64,000 nt of DNA from Parcubacteria group bacterium (GCA_013204395.1 JABMNZ010000025.1:9007-73006), one strand, 5' to 3'; counted from the first letter of the stretch, positions 46,185 through 55,790 are shown. Notes: generated by a model not told the origin, from the sequence alone. Translations and numbers: made by a program.

Positions 46185-47600
46185 ATGCCAAAAGTACCCT
46201 CTTACGACGTGATTGTTATAGGAACAGGATCCGCTGGGTTCTCTGCTATTGAAGCCGCTAGAAGTCTCGGGGCTTCCGTGTGTGTGATAGAAAAGGATCG
46301 GTTCGGGGGAGAATGCCCGAATTATGCTTGCGTGCCTTCTAAGGCCATTTTAAAGGCAGCAGCAGCCTATAGATTCATGGGGCACGCTCGTGAATTCGGT
46401 ATGGAGATCGGGGGTAGATCTTTTGATTTTAAAAAAGTGATGAACTATCGACAAAAGGTTGTGGACACCATTACGGGTGGTGGAGAATATGGAGATCGGT
46501 ATGTAAAAATTTTAGAACAACATAAGGTTGATAGTATTATTGGTGAAGCGAGTTTTGTGGACCCACACACCATTGAAGTGAATGGAAAGAATATTTCCGG
46601 AAAAACCATTGTTGTAGCAACAGGGACGGTCGATTTTATCCCACCAATTCCAGGACTTAGTGAGATTAAGTATTGGGGGTGGAAAGAAGCTCTCGCACCA
46701 AAGCGACGGACAAAGAGCATGGCGATTATAGGTGGCGGTCCGGTCGGTTGTGAAATAGCCATGTTTTATGTGAGTTTTGGAACACGAGTGATACTGTTAC
46801 AAACAGCGCCGGTTGTTTTACAGCGAGAGGATTTAGAGATTTCAAAATTAGCGGAAGAGGCTCTTTTAAAAGCCGGTGTTGAAATTCATGTGAATGTTCA
46901 GATTCAGGAAGTCATCAGTGCTAATGGTGGTGTGACTGGGATTAAGATTCATGCCGCTGGCGGACCACAGATGCTTGCGGTTGAAACCGTTGTGGTGGCA
47001 ACTGGAAAGAGGCCAAATATTGATAGCTTAGGGCTTGAGGACGCCGGTGTGACAATGGATAAAGATGGAAGATTTACAACAAGCAAAGATCAGCGAACAA
47101 ATGTAAAACATATTTTTGCTGCGGGAGATGTTGATGGTGGACTTCAATTTACACACACAGCTCATTACGAAGGGTGGATTGCTGGCAACAACGCTGCACT
47201 TGTTGCAAAACGAAAGCGCACGGCACCAGATAAGAGAGATATGCGTGTTGTGCCAAGAGTGACGTATATCGATCCTGAAGTTGCCTCTGTTGGTATGACC
47301 GAGACTGAGGCTCGTAACCAATACAAAAAATTGTTAATCGGTAGATATGATGTTGCTGCACTTGGCAGGGCGGTCACTGATAATAGTCGCTTTGGTCTTA
47401 TAAAGATTATTGCTCATCCAACAACTAGAAAAATCCTAGGTGCACATATGATAGGTGAAAGATCTGGGGAAGTAATTCATGAAGCTGCTATGGCAATGTT
47501 TCTTGGTGCAAAGATCGATAAGCTCGCAGAGATGATCCATGCGTTCCCAACGTATTCTGAGGGGTTAAAGGCAGCTGCGGCATCTGCTAGCTTGGAATAA
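46185..47600 (+). CDS. FAD-dependent pyridine nucleotide-disulfide oxidoreductase, class I (dihydrolipoyl dehydrogenase/mercuric reductase-like)
   Basis: YDVIVIGTGSAGFSA, redox-active GGECPNYACVPSK, C-terminal dimerisation HAFPTYSEG. Confidence 0.8.
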   Translation: MPKVPSYDVIVIGTGSAGFSAIEAARSLGASVCVIEKDRFGGECPNYACVPSKAILKAAAAYRFMGHAREFGMEIGGRSFDFKKVMNYRQKVVDTITGGGEYGDRYVKILEQHKVDSIIGEASFVDPHTIEVNGKNISGKTIVVATGTVDFIPPIPGLSEIKYWGWKEALAPKRRTKSMAIIGGGPVGCEIAMFYVSFGTRVILLQTAPVVLQREDLEISKLAEEALLKAGVEIHVNVQIQEVISANGGVTGIKIHAAGGPQMLAVETVVVATGKRPNIDSLGLEDAGVTMDKDGRFTTSKDQRTNVKHIFAAGDVDGGLQFTHTAHYEGWIAGNNAALVAKRKRTAPDKRDMRVVPRVTYIDPEVASVGMTETEARNQYKKLLIGRYDVAALGRAVTDNSRFGLIKIIAHPTTRKILGAHMIGERSGEVIHEAAMAMFLGAKIDKLAEMIHAFPTYSEGLKAAAASASLE

Positions 47601-47602
47601 TT

Positions 47603-48145
47603 ATGATAACGATTTACCTCTACAGCTTATTTTTCCTGATGATTGTATTGATGGGAATCATTGGGATGGTGGCCTATTTTTTGTTTAACGGAATTGTCAG
47701 TGTTCCATGGGTTCGCACGCCAACAAGACATACGAGTGAGATGTTGACTCTTGCAAAGTTGAAGCCGGGAGAAAGAGTGATTGACTTCGGGGCAGGTGAT
47801 GGCACCATAATTATTCAAGCGGTGAAAGAGTTTGGGGCCATTGGGTATGGCATTGAAAGGTTGTCTTTACTTGTGTGGTGGTCTAGGTGGCTTGCAAAAC
47901 TTAATGGAGTTTCAGATCGAACCACATTTGTAAAAGGGGATATGTTCGCCAAGACACCTCCTCCAGCTGACGTGATTACCAGTTACCTGTTTAGTGAAAT
48001 AAATAGCAAGCTCGAGCCAGTATTAATCAAACATTATCCAAGTGGAACAAGAGTGGTTGCAAGGGTTTTTAGTTTTCCTGGTCTTAAACACATTAGGTCT
48101 CAGGTCATTGATTCAGACACGATTCACTTGTATGAGATCCCATAA
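47603..48145 (+). CDS. class I SAM-dependent methyltransferase
   Basis: Motif I VIDFGAGDGTIIIQAV. Confidence 0.6.
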   Translation: MITIYLYSLFFLMIVLMGIIGMVAYFLFNGIVSVPWVRTPTRHTSEMLTLAKLKPGERVIDFGAGDGTIIIQAVKEFGAIGYGIERLSLLVWWSRWLAKLNGVSDRTTFVKGDMFAKTPPPADVITSYLFSEINSKLEPVLIKHYPSGTRVVARVFSFPGLKHIRSQVIDSDTIHLYEIP

Positions 48146-48171
48146 TAAGATGTGCTATAATCGGTCACGTT

Positions 48172-48738
48172 ATGCCAAATAAAGAAGTTGTTTTAGACAT
48201 AGAAACACAAACCGCTGCCGGCCCTGATTTTAAGCAGATGAAGATATCTGTTATAGGGGTCTATTTTTATGAGACGGATTCATACGAATGTTATGAAGAG
48301 AAAGACTTCGCTCGCTTGTGGCCACTTCTTGAGCATGCTGATCGAGTAATCGGATACAACTCTCGATACTTCGACATGCCAATCATGAATAATTACTACC
48401 CGGGTGACCTTAATGCATTTCCTCAATTGGATATGTTAGAAGAAATACGCAACTCACTTGGGTTCAGATTGAAGTTGGATGACGTAGCAGCTGCCACGGT
48501 GGGGTATCGCAAAAGTGGGCATGGACTTCAGGCTGTCGACTGGTGGAAAGAGGGGGAGATTCAGAAGATAAAAGATTATTGCCTTCAAGACGTAAAAGTA
48601 ACCAAAGGGGTGTATGAGTATGGTCTAAAATACAATGCTTTGGCCTATGAAGATCGTGTGGGTGGGAGGAAGGCAATCCCAGTTGATTTTGCATTAAAAG
48701 AGGAAGCTCCCGCCATCAACCTAAGTATGGGGTTTTAG
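48172..48738 (+). CDS. DEDDy-type 3'-5' exonuclease (RNase D/DnaQ-like fold)
   Basis: VLDIETQT (Exo I), IGYNSRYFDMPI (Exo II), YCLQDV (Y-x3-D, Exo III). Confidence 0.6.
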   Translation: MPNKEVVLDIETQTAAGPDFKQMKISVIGVYFYETDSYECYEEKDFARLWPLLEHADRVIGYNSRYFDMPIMNNYYPGDLNAFPQLDMLEEIRNSLGFRLKLDDVAAATVGYRKSGHGLQAVDWWKEGEIQKIKDYCLQDVKVTKGVYEYGLKYNALAYEDRVGGRKAIPVDFALKEEAPAINLSMGF

Positions 48739-48784
48739 ACCCAACCTGTGTCTAGTGTCGTGAAAATGTGTGGATAACCACCTC

Positions 48785-48839
48785 TTTGACACACAACATA
48801 TAGTGGCCTATCATACTAACTGACCACAAGATGTAGTGG
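48785..48839 (+). promoter_or_regulatory. nrdJ promoter with two tandem NrdR boxes
   Basis: TTGACA (48785-90), 17 nt, TATCAT (48808-13). Box 1 ACACAACATATAGTGG (48791-48806) matches the acaCwAtATaTwGtgt consensus at 14/16. Box 2 CCACAAGATGTAGTGG (48824-48839) matches at 12/16. The boxes are 33 bp apart, about three helical turns. Confidence 0.6.
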
Positions 48840-48986
48840 TGGCAGTGGGGAAGAGGATCTTTAGATGGTGCAGACCCTTCCAGGAGAATATATGATCCCA
48901 ACGTTGGATCGTATTTTTATCTGCCAAGTATCAGCCAAACATTTCTTTCAAAAACTCGCCTAATCAACCTAAGTTCCTCGCTTGTT

Positions 48987-51900
48987 ATGCTAGACCAAAC
49001 CAACATCAAGGTTAATGACCAAACCGTTGATACAAAAGCGATATCAGAAACAGTTTGGGATTTTATGACATCTGTAAAAACCGTTCAGAAACGTAGCGGC
49101 GAAGAACAATCTTTCGACCAAAAAAAGTTGATGGATTCAATCCAGCATGCACTGCATGCTGCAGGAATGAAGGATGGACGGTTGGCACAAAAGATTACAG
49201 AGCAAGTGCTTACTCGTCTTACCCGCCAGTTTGATGGTCATACAATTCCATCTATTACAGACGTTCGCGAATTTGTTTACCTCACGTTTATTGATAATAA
49301 CTTGGTGCACGTTGCAAAATCATATAGTTCATTTAGGAGCACAAATCGTGAAGATGACCGTAATGAGAAATATGGGCATGGCATAAGTACTTCACGTTAC
49401 TTTACAAAACAAGGAGTTCATCCTTATGACGAGATCGAGTGGGAAAAGCGAGATGCGGTCATTAATGATTTCAAGGGAAACATAGTTTTTGAACAAAAGG
49501 GTGTAGAGGTTCCAAAGACATGGTCACAGACTGCAACCAACATTGTTGTTTCAAAGTATTTCTTTGGCACAGTTGGAAATGAAAACCGAGAGTATTCAGT
49601 CAGGCAGCTTGTTGGTCGAGTTGCAAAGACTATTTCAAATTGGGGGCGCAAGGATGGTTATTTTCAAACTCAAGAAGACGCACAAGTATTTGATGATGAG
49701 CTACATCACATTTTGGTAAACCAGATGGCAGCGTTCAATTCACCGGTTTGGTTTAATGTAGGTACAACACGTCCACAGCAGTGCTCTGCATGCTTTATCA
49801 ACTCTGTTGAGGATGACATGCGTTCAATTCTGAACCTATGTGTTACCGAGGGCATGCTTTTTAAAGGTGGTTCTGGTGCAGGTTCAAATCTTTCAAGACT
49901 TCGTTCTAGTCATGAGTACCTTGGTGGTTCAAATGGAAAGGCCTCTGGACCAGTGTCTTTCATGAAAGGATTAGATGCTTTTGCTGGTGTGATCAAGTCT
50001 GGTGGAAAGACACGTCGAGCGGCAAAGATGGTTATTCTAGATATTGGACATCCAGACATCGACAAGTTTATTACCTGTAAGGTGGCCGAAGAGGAAAAAG
50101 CATGGGCTCTTATGGATGCTGGGTATGACGGTTCTATTGATGGACCAGCTTATGCATCGATTTATTTCCAAAATGCCAACAACTCTGTTCGTGTAACAGA
50201 TGAATTCATGCAGGCTGTTGAAGATGATGGTGATTGGGAGACAAAAGCTGTAACGACTGGAGAAACAATGCAGACTTGGAAGGCACGTGAGCTCATGGCT
50301 ATGATGGCTGAGGCTGCATGGAAGTGTGGTGACCCAGGAATGCAGTACGACACAACCATTAACAAGTGGCATACCAGTAAAAACACGGACCGAATTTACG
50401 CATCAAACCCATGTAGCGAGTACATGTTCCTAAACGATAGTGCTTGTAATCTTGCTTCACTTAACCTTTTGAAGTTCCGTAAGGAAGTCAATGGTGAATT
50501 GATATTTGATGTAGAGGCCTTTAAGAGGGCTAACGAGATCATTATTACAGCCATGGAGATTCTTATTGGAAACTCTGTGTACCCAACACCTGCCATCGAG
50601 CAGAACTCTCACGACTACCGCCCACTTGGAATCGGCTATGCCAACCTTGGGGCCTTGCTCATGAGTCGTGGTTTAGCTTATGACTCAGATGAGGGACGAA
50701 ACTTGGCTGGTGCCATCACCTCGTTGCAGAGTGGACACTGTTACTATCAAAGTTCAAAGATCGCGGAAAAGATTGGGGCCTTTAATGGTTACGCCAAAAA
50801 TGCAGAGCCTGCCATGGAGGTCATGCGCATGCATCGTGATGCCGCTTACTCAGCGAGCAACGCCGGTGTCCCCGAAGAGCTCATGACAGAATCTCGGAAG
50901 TCTTGGGACAATGTGGTTGAGCACGGAAGCAAGTTTGGTCTTCGGAACGCGCAGATTTCAGTGCTTGCCCCAACGGGAACGATTAGTTTCTTGATGGACT
51001 GTGACACCACAGGTGTTGAACCTGATATTGCGCTAGTAAAGTACAAGTGGCTTGTAGGTGGCGGAATGATGAAGATTGTAAACGGAACCGTTCCTGAGGC
51101 GCTCACACGTCTTGGTTACACAGATGTTCAAAGAAATGAGATTCTTGCCTTCATTGAAGAAACAGACACTATTGAAGGAGCTCCTCATGTGAGACCAGAA
51201 CATTTGTCTGTATTCGATTGCGCATTTAAAGCCGCGAAGGGGACACGAACAATTCAGTATATGGGTCATCTTAAAATGATGGCCGCTGTACAACCGTATA
51301 TTTCTGGTGCCATCTCCAAGACTGTAAACATGCCTCACGAGGCAACCGAGCAGGAGATTGCCGATGTGTATATGGCTGGATGGAAGCTTGGTCTTAAGGC
51401 TATTGCTATCTATCGTGACGGATCTAAGCGTCAGCAGGCGCTTACAACATCTAAGGAATCAGATGCGAAAAAGCAGAACACGGATCGTGATCAGGAGGTT
51501 GAGGACGAGAAAGCACGTGTCATAGAGACTGTGAAGGTCATGAATGATAGGAAACTGCGACGACGACGACTACCAGATGAACGTCGATCCATCACACATA
51601 AGTTTGCCGTTGGAAATCATGAGGGCTATATCACCGTTGGACTTTATGACGACGGAACGCCAGGTGAGCTATTCATGACAATGGCCAAGGAAGGTTCAGT
51701 AATATCAGGTTTAATGGATTCGTTTGCTACGTCGATTTCGATCGGCCTTCAGTACGGGGTGCCACTGGAGGTATTGGTAAACAAGTTCGTCCACATGCGC
51801 TTTGAGCCATCTGGTTACACGAACAACCCACAGATCCGTATTGCCAAGTCCATCACGGACTACATCTTCCGCTGGCTAGCGATCAAATTCCTGCCACGTG

Positions 51901-52184
51901 AGAGTCAGTTGTCAGTAGGGATTAATGTGGTAGATGAGGATGTTGATGAAGCAGCTGTGTCGGGGGGCACAGGGGAGGTGGCAAAAGAAATGGTTGCAGA
52001 CAAAGCTGCTGATCAACCAAATCTTTTCCAGGCTGCTCCTGAACAGAGTGCAACCCGCGCTCACACACAAACCTTTGACAACCAGTCCGACGCACCAGCC
52101 TGCGACACATGCGGCTCCATCATGGTCCGCAACGCTGCCTGCTATAAGTGCTTGAACTGCGGTGCAACAAGCGGTTGTTCATAA
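48987..52184 (+). CDS. nrdJ: class II (adenosylcobalamin-dependent) ribonucleotide reductase with N-terminal ATP-cone
   Basis: 1065 aa. ATP-cone VQKRSGEEQSFDQKKLMDSI. C-terminal Cys cluster CDTCGSIMVRNAACYKCLNCG typical of NrdJ. Confidence 0.85.
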   Translation: MLDQTNIKVNDQTVDTKAISETVWDFMTSVKTVQKRSGEEQSFDQKKLMDSIQHALHAAGMKDGRLAQKITEQVLTRLTRQFDGHTIPSITDVREFVYLTFIDNNLVHVAKSYSSFRSTNREDDRNEKYGHGISTSRYFTKQGVHPYDEIEWEKRDAVINDFKGNIVFEQKGVEVPKTWSQTATNIVVSKYFFGTVGNENREYSVRQLVGRVAKTISNWGRKDGYFQTQEDAQVFDDELHHILVNQMAAFNSPVWFNVGTTRPQQCSACFINSVEDDMRSILNLCVTEGMLFKGGSGAGSNLSRLRSSHEYLGGSNGKASGPVSFMKGLDAFAGVIKSGGKTRRAAKMVILDIGHPDIDKFITCKVAEEEKAWALMDAGYDGSIDGPAYASIYFQNANNSVRVTDEFMQAVEDDGDWETKAVTTGETMQTWKARELMAMMAEAAWKCGDPGMQYDTTINKWHTSKNTDRIYASNPCSEYMFLNDSACNLASLNLLKFRKEVNGELIFDVEAFKRANEIIITAMEILIGNSVYPTPAIEQNSHDYRPLGIGYANLGALLMSRGLAYDSDEGRNLAGAITSLQSGHCYYQSSKIAEKIGAFNGYAKNAEPAMEVMRMHRDAAYSASNAGVPEELMTESRKSWDNVVEHGSKFGLRNAQISVLAPTGTISFLMDCDTTGVEPDIALVKYKWLVGGGMMKIVNGTVPEALTRLGYTDVQRNEILAFIEETDTIEGAPHVRPEHLSVFDCAFKAAKGTRTIQYMGHLKMMAAVQPYISGAISKTVNMPHEATEQEIADVYMAGWKLGLKAIAIYRDGSKRQQALTTSKESDAKKQNTDRDQEVEDEKARVIETVKVMNDRKLRRRRLPDERRSITHKFAVGNHEGYITVGLYDDGTPGELFMTMAKEGSVISGLMDSFATSISIGLQYGVPLEVLVNKFVHMRFEPSGYTNNPQIRIAKSITDYIFRWLAIKFLPRESQLSVGINVVDEDVDEAAVSGGTGEVAKEMVADKAADQPNLFQAAPEQSATRAHTQTFDNQSDAPACDTCGSIMVRNAACYKCLNCGATSGCS

Positions 52185-52194
52185 GAGATAATAA

Positions 52195-52220
52195 AACGAG
52201 GTCCTATGGCCTCGTTTTTG
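52195..52220 (+). terminator. terminator of nrdJ
   Basis: CGAGGTCC-TAT-GGCCTCG followed by TTTTTG. Confidence 0.6.
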
Positions 52221-52245
52221 GTATACTGAATAAAATAGTATTTTT

Positions 52246-53931
52246 ATGAAAAGATTTTATTTACTCCTACTTCTTACCCTTCTCATTATCCCAGGGGTGA
52301 TCTATGCCTTTAATCAAGATCTGACTGAGCGGCTACATGGGTACATCTTGCTCCAGGTCGATCAGCATGGGGAAGCATGGTATGTGCGGGACACGGATGA
52401 CAAACGCTATTACATGGCCAATGGGGATGCGGCGTACTCAATGATGCGTTTCTTTTCTTTGGGGATTACAGACGCTGACCTGGCAACGATTCCTTCTGTT
52501 TCTGATACCACAGAGATGTTGGCATCTGCGTCGGCATGTGATTATAACTCCCTCGCTAACAGTCTCAAGGGAAAAATATTGCTTCAGGTCGAGCAACATG
52601 GGGAGGCGTGGTACATCTATCCGGATCGATGTCGGATGATTTACATGGAAGACGGAGCTGCGGCTTACACCATCATGCGCTTTTTGGGACTTGGAATTGC
52701 GGATAATGATCTTGCACAAATAGAGATGGGAAAAGTGGATGGCTATACCGAGGTTCAATACGATGATTCGACATCGATAGACCCCAATGAGACGAGTGAG
52801 TCCACGGCCGTATCATGGCCATCAGATATAGGAACGTCACATTTTGGTCGGCTGACAGAATTTGGACGGATTGACTCACAGCTTGAGGGGGGATGGGTGC
52901 GCCCACACTCAGGACCGTTTGTTTGGGATTGGATTGAGGGTACTCAGGGCACCTACCAATGGGATCAGGCCGATGAGGTCGTTGCTAGTCTTCAGGGGGA
53001 TCGTCAGGCCATTCTTGCTACGATCTGGGGATTTGCAAACTGGGATCAGGAGCAATGCCATGACAGCAGCGACGATACAAACAATGGATTCATTCGCACC
53101 ATGGATTGGATGCATGCACCGTGTGATGAGAGTGCTTATCTCGCTTGGTTAAGTGATGTGGTTGAGCGCTATGATGGTGATGGGGTCGATGACATGCCGG
53201 GACTTGAATACCCCGTCAGGCATTGGGAGATTTTTAATGAGCCGTCAATGCAAGATGGCACCGTCTTCTTTCAGGATGATGCTCAGACCTATGCTGAACT
53301 TCTGGCCGTTTCGTATGAAGCGATTTTAGCCGCTGATTCAAATGCCATCGTCCTTCCGGCGGGGCAAGCTGGAATGCATGCAAGTTCAGTAGCTTATTGG
53401 GATAACGTCCTTGGCGAGATTAGTGGCGTATTTGATATCGGAAACATTCATTCAATTTCATCGAGTAATGTTTTTTGGAGCGATGACTATCGAGACTATC
53501 TGGACGATTTTGGGTATGCAGATACCGATTTCTGGGTCACCGAAGCACTTGTTGGCGATTTTTCACAGAATCTTTCAGATGATGACGCGGCACAACTGAC
53601 GTTTACAAGCTATGTCAACGCCTTTGCAAACGGAGCCTCTGTTATATTCAACGTTGGCGCTCACGATCCAACGGGTGGGCCTGGAGAAGCCTCTGAAGAG
53701 ACATTCGAGATGATGGCTGCCTTCATTGGTGCGTTTAGCCGTGTTGAACGCATGGACGATACGACCGTCCTTTTTCAGCTACCTGACGGAACAACTGTTT
53801 ACGCAATATGGGACGGAGCCTCGTTACCAAATGGAGTCACCGGGACAATGAGTGTCTTGGAGTATGACGGTGATAGCTATCAGGCAGAAGCCGATCACGT
53901 CACTAGCACCATTCCATTGTTTGTTTATTAG
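52246..53931 (+). CDS. secreted protein with two tandem ~60-aa N-terminal repeats and a GH-A-like (NEP motif) catalytic domain
   Basis: Signal peptide MKRFYLLLLLTLLIIPGVIYA. Repeats LHGYILLQVDQHGEAWYVRDTDDKRYYMANGDAAYSMMRFFSLGITDADLA and LKGKILLQVEQHGEAWYIYPDRCRMIYMEDGAAAYTIMRFLGLGIADNDLA. HWEIFNEPS motif. Confidence 0.5.
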   Translation: MKRFYLLLLLTLLIIPGVIYAFNQDLTERLHGYILLQVDQHGEAWYVRDTDDKRYYMANGDAAYSMMRFFSLGITDADLATIPSVSDTTEMLASASACDYNSLANSLKGKILLQVEQHGEAWYIYPDRCRMIYMEDGAAAYTIMRFLGLGIADNDLAQIEMGKVDGYTEVQYDDSTSIDPNETSESTAVSWPSDIGTSHFGRLTEFGRIDSQLEGGWVRPHSGPFVWDWIEGTQGTYQWDQADEVVASLQGDRQAILATIWGFANWDQEQCHDSSDDTNNGFIRTMDWMHAPCDESAYLAWLSDVVERYDGDGVDDMPGLEYPVRHWEIFNEPSMQDGTVFFQDDAQTYAELLAVSYEAILAADSNAIVLPAGQAGMHASSVAYWDNVLGEISGVFDIGNIHSISSSNVFWSDDYRDYLDDFGYADTDFWVTEALVGDFSQNLSDDDAAQLTFTSYVNAFANGASVIFNVGAHDPTGGPGEASEETFEMMAAFIGAFSRVERMDDTTVLFQLPDGTTVYAIWDGASLPNGVTGTMSVLEYDGDSYQAEADHVTSTIPLFVY

Positions 53932-53953
53932 ATTCAGTTATTAGTGAAGAAAA

Positions 53954-53981
53954 ACATTCGCCATGAGGCGGATGTTTTTTG
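53954..53981 (+). terminator. terminator after 52246..53931
   Basis: CATTCGCC-ATGA-GGCGGATG (one G-U) followed by TTTTTT. Confidence 0.55.
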
Positions 53982-54024
53982 ATGGTGACATGGTGTGATT
54001 ATGAGCAAATCAGTCCCGACGGAA

Positions 54025-54044
54025 ATACCGACGGCCGTCGTATA
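54025..54044. repeat. palindrome element ATACCGACGGCCGTCGTATA, copy 3 (1-nt insertion relative to TACGACGGCCGTCGTA)
   Basis: It shares the extended consensus with 30102 and 30673 and is preceded by a partial direct repeat CCGACGGAAATACCGACGG. Confidence 0.7.
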
Positions 54045-54093
54045 AATGGTTTTAGATCTTTCTCAATCAGACAACCATTTAAATGATCCATGT

Positions 54094-54121
54094 AAAGAAA
54101 AAAGACCCCTGCGTTGGGGTC
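54094..54121 (-). terminator. minus-strand terminator for 54132..54554
   Basis: The reverse complement reads GACCCC-AACGCA-GGGGTC followed by TTTTTTC. Confidence 0.5.
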
Positions 54122-54131
54122 GGTCGTGGGG

Positions 54132-54554
54132 TCAGGGGGTGTCGGACTTGAGCGGTGGGAGGTTCAGCGGTTCGCCGATCCAAACGATCTGGTCGCGAAC
54201 ACGTTGCCTCACGTGGTCGTTGAACGCGATTTCCTCGCTGTAGATGAGGAGGCCTCCGGTGTGTTGAATCCGGAGTCCGCGCTCTGTCAGGATGCACACG
54301 GCGGGGATCCCACCGGAGACACATGGGCGGACGTTCTCTCTCCAGGAGATGACGGCCGGAGTGACGGCCCTCTTGCAGTTTCCCGCGCCCCAGATGTCGG
54401 CGTAGGCTTCACTGCAGATCTGCTCGACGATCATGTCGATCTCAGCTTGCTCTTCCTTGTCAGGGTTGAAGATCCATGACACTCCCCCAACAAGCAGAAA
54501 AAGCATCCAGCCGATGAGTCCGGCAACCCAGAAGTATCTCAATGGATTCATTGT
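54132..54554 (-). CDS. hypothetical membrane-anchored Cys-containing protein (GC-rich islet)
   Basis: ATG 54552-54554 (MNPLRYFWVAGLIGWMLFLLVGG...) with GGGAGA 10 nt upstream. 140 aa. The track ORF extends further to 54692. Confidence 0.5.
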   Translation of the reverse strand, partial: TMNPLRYFWVAGLIGWMLFLLVGGVSWIFNPDKEEQAEIDMIVEQICSEAYADIWGAGNCKRAVTPAVISWRENVRPCVSGGIPAVCILTERGLRIQHTGGLLIYSEEIAFNDHVRQRVRDQIVWIGEPLNLPPLKSDTP

Positions 54555-54742
54555 GTTGGTCTCCCAGTGGTTACGCCACGAACCGTTCGTTGTGGGACTA
54601 CTTGAGTAGTAGCTTTCTAGGCTTACCCAGCCGTAAGGGGGTCTTGGCTTGCAAGAACGAGTTAATCTAGCCATATTTTCGTTCTTTGTCAACCCAAAGA
54701 GATCATAGGGTTGGTTATACTTTCTGATATACTACTTTCCAT

Positions 54743-55750
54743 ATGGAAAAGAAATACGTTGCTAATAAGGCGTTTATTGTGAATCAAGCTGGGAAAGTTC
54801 TTATGCTTCGCGATGCTGGGAAAGGCGATCATGTAAATGCGAAAGGGAAGCTTGGGTTTCCTGGTGGGCGCATGGATCGAGGTGAGACACCTCAAGAGGG
54901 TCTATTGCGCGAATTAAAAGAAGAGATTGGGGTTGAGGAGGGGGCACTCGATATCGGCCCACCGATTCATGTGAGTATCTGGGGTATAGGGGGAGATGTC
55001 CTTGAAAAGCCAATCATTGGAATTCACTATTTGTGTCGACCTCGTGGAGAGCTCACGATCACACTCTCTGACGAGCATGACGAGATTGTCTGGATTGATC
55101 CAAGGCAGTCTCTTCCAGAGGAACAGACAGATCACGACCTTAGAGCTCTTCTAGAGGCGTATAGGGCGCATGAGGGTATTGTTGTGGCGGCAGATGTGGC
55201 GATTAAGGGTCGACAGGGATACGGACTTATTCAATTATTCACAGGCAATGGTAAAGGTAAGACAACGGCTGGTATAGGTGAGGCGATTCGGGCTGTGGGT
55301 GCGGGTAAAAAAGTAGGAATTGTCTTTTTTGATAAGGGTGGTGACGATCATTATTTTGAAAGATTGGTGCTTGAAAAGCTTGATGGTGTTGATTTTGTGG
55401 CTACAGGTAGGGACAGAATTCATCCTTCCACAGGAGCGTTTGACTTTTCAATTCAGGACCTAGATTTGGTAGAGGCGCAGCGTGGCTTGGGGGAAGTCCA
55501 CAGGATGTTCACCGAAGGATACGATCTTGTCATCATGGACGAGATTAACTCAACAACAGACCTTGGTATGATCTCTGTGGAATCTGTTTTGGCAGCACTC
55601 GACAAGAAACCTGAGGGTACTGAGCTCATCATGACTGGCCGAAATGCTCCTCAGGAATTTCTTGATCGTGCGCATCTTGTCAGCGAGATGAAACTTAGGA
55701 AACACTATTTTTATTCAGGCGTGAAAGCACGTGAAGGCCTTGACTACTAA
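54743..55750 (+). CDS. NUDIX hydrolase - corrinoid (cob(I)alamin) adenosyltransferase CobA/CobO/BtuR-type fusion protein
   Basis: N-terminal Nudix box GGRMDRGETPQEGLLRELKEEIGV. C-terminal P-loop LIQLFTGNGKGKTTAGIG and MDEINSTTDLGMI, typical of the CobA family. Confidence 0.7.
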   Translation: MEKKYVANKAFIVNQAGKVLMLRDAGKGDHVNAKGKLGFPGGRMDRGETPQEGLLRELKEEIGVEEGALDIGPPIHVSIWGIGGDVLEKPIIGIHYLCRPRGELTITLSDEHDEIVWIDPRQSLPEEQTDHDLRALLEAYRAHEGIVVAADVAIKGRQGYGLIQLFTGNGKGKTTAGIGEAIRAVGAGKKVGIVFFDKGGDDHYFERLVLEKLDGVDFVATGRDRIHPSTGAFDFSIQDLDLVEAQRGLGEVHRMFTEGYDLVIMDEINSTTDLGMISVESVLAALDKKPEGTELIMTGRNAPQEFLDRAHLVSEMKLRKHYFYSGVKAREGLDY

Positions 55751-55762
55751 TGGTATTCAAAA

Positions 55763-55790
55763 CTCCCCCGCGTAACGGGGGAGTTTTTTG
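55763..55790. terminator. bidirectional terminator between convergent genes
   Basis: CTCCCCCG-CGTAA-CGGGGGAG flanked by A-run/T-run (AAAA...TTTTTTG). Confidence 0.65.

Noticed and set aside
48740-48986. Possible cobalamin riboswitch upstream of the AdoCbl-dependent RNR
   Set aside because: No B12-box-like element or multi-stem structure was seen. The region is instead explained by a promoter plus two NrdR boxes.
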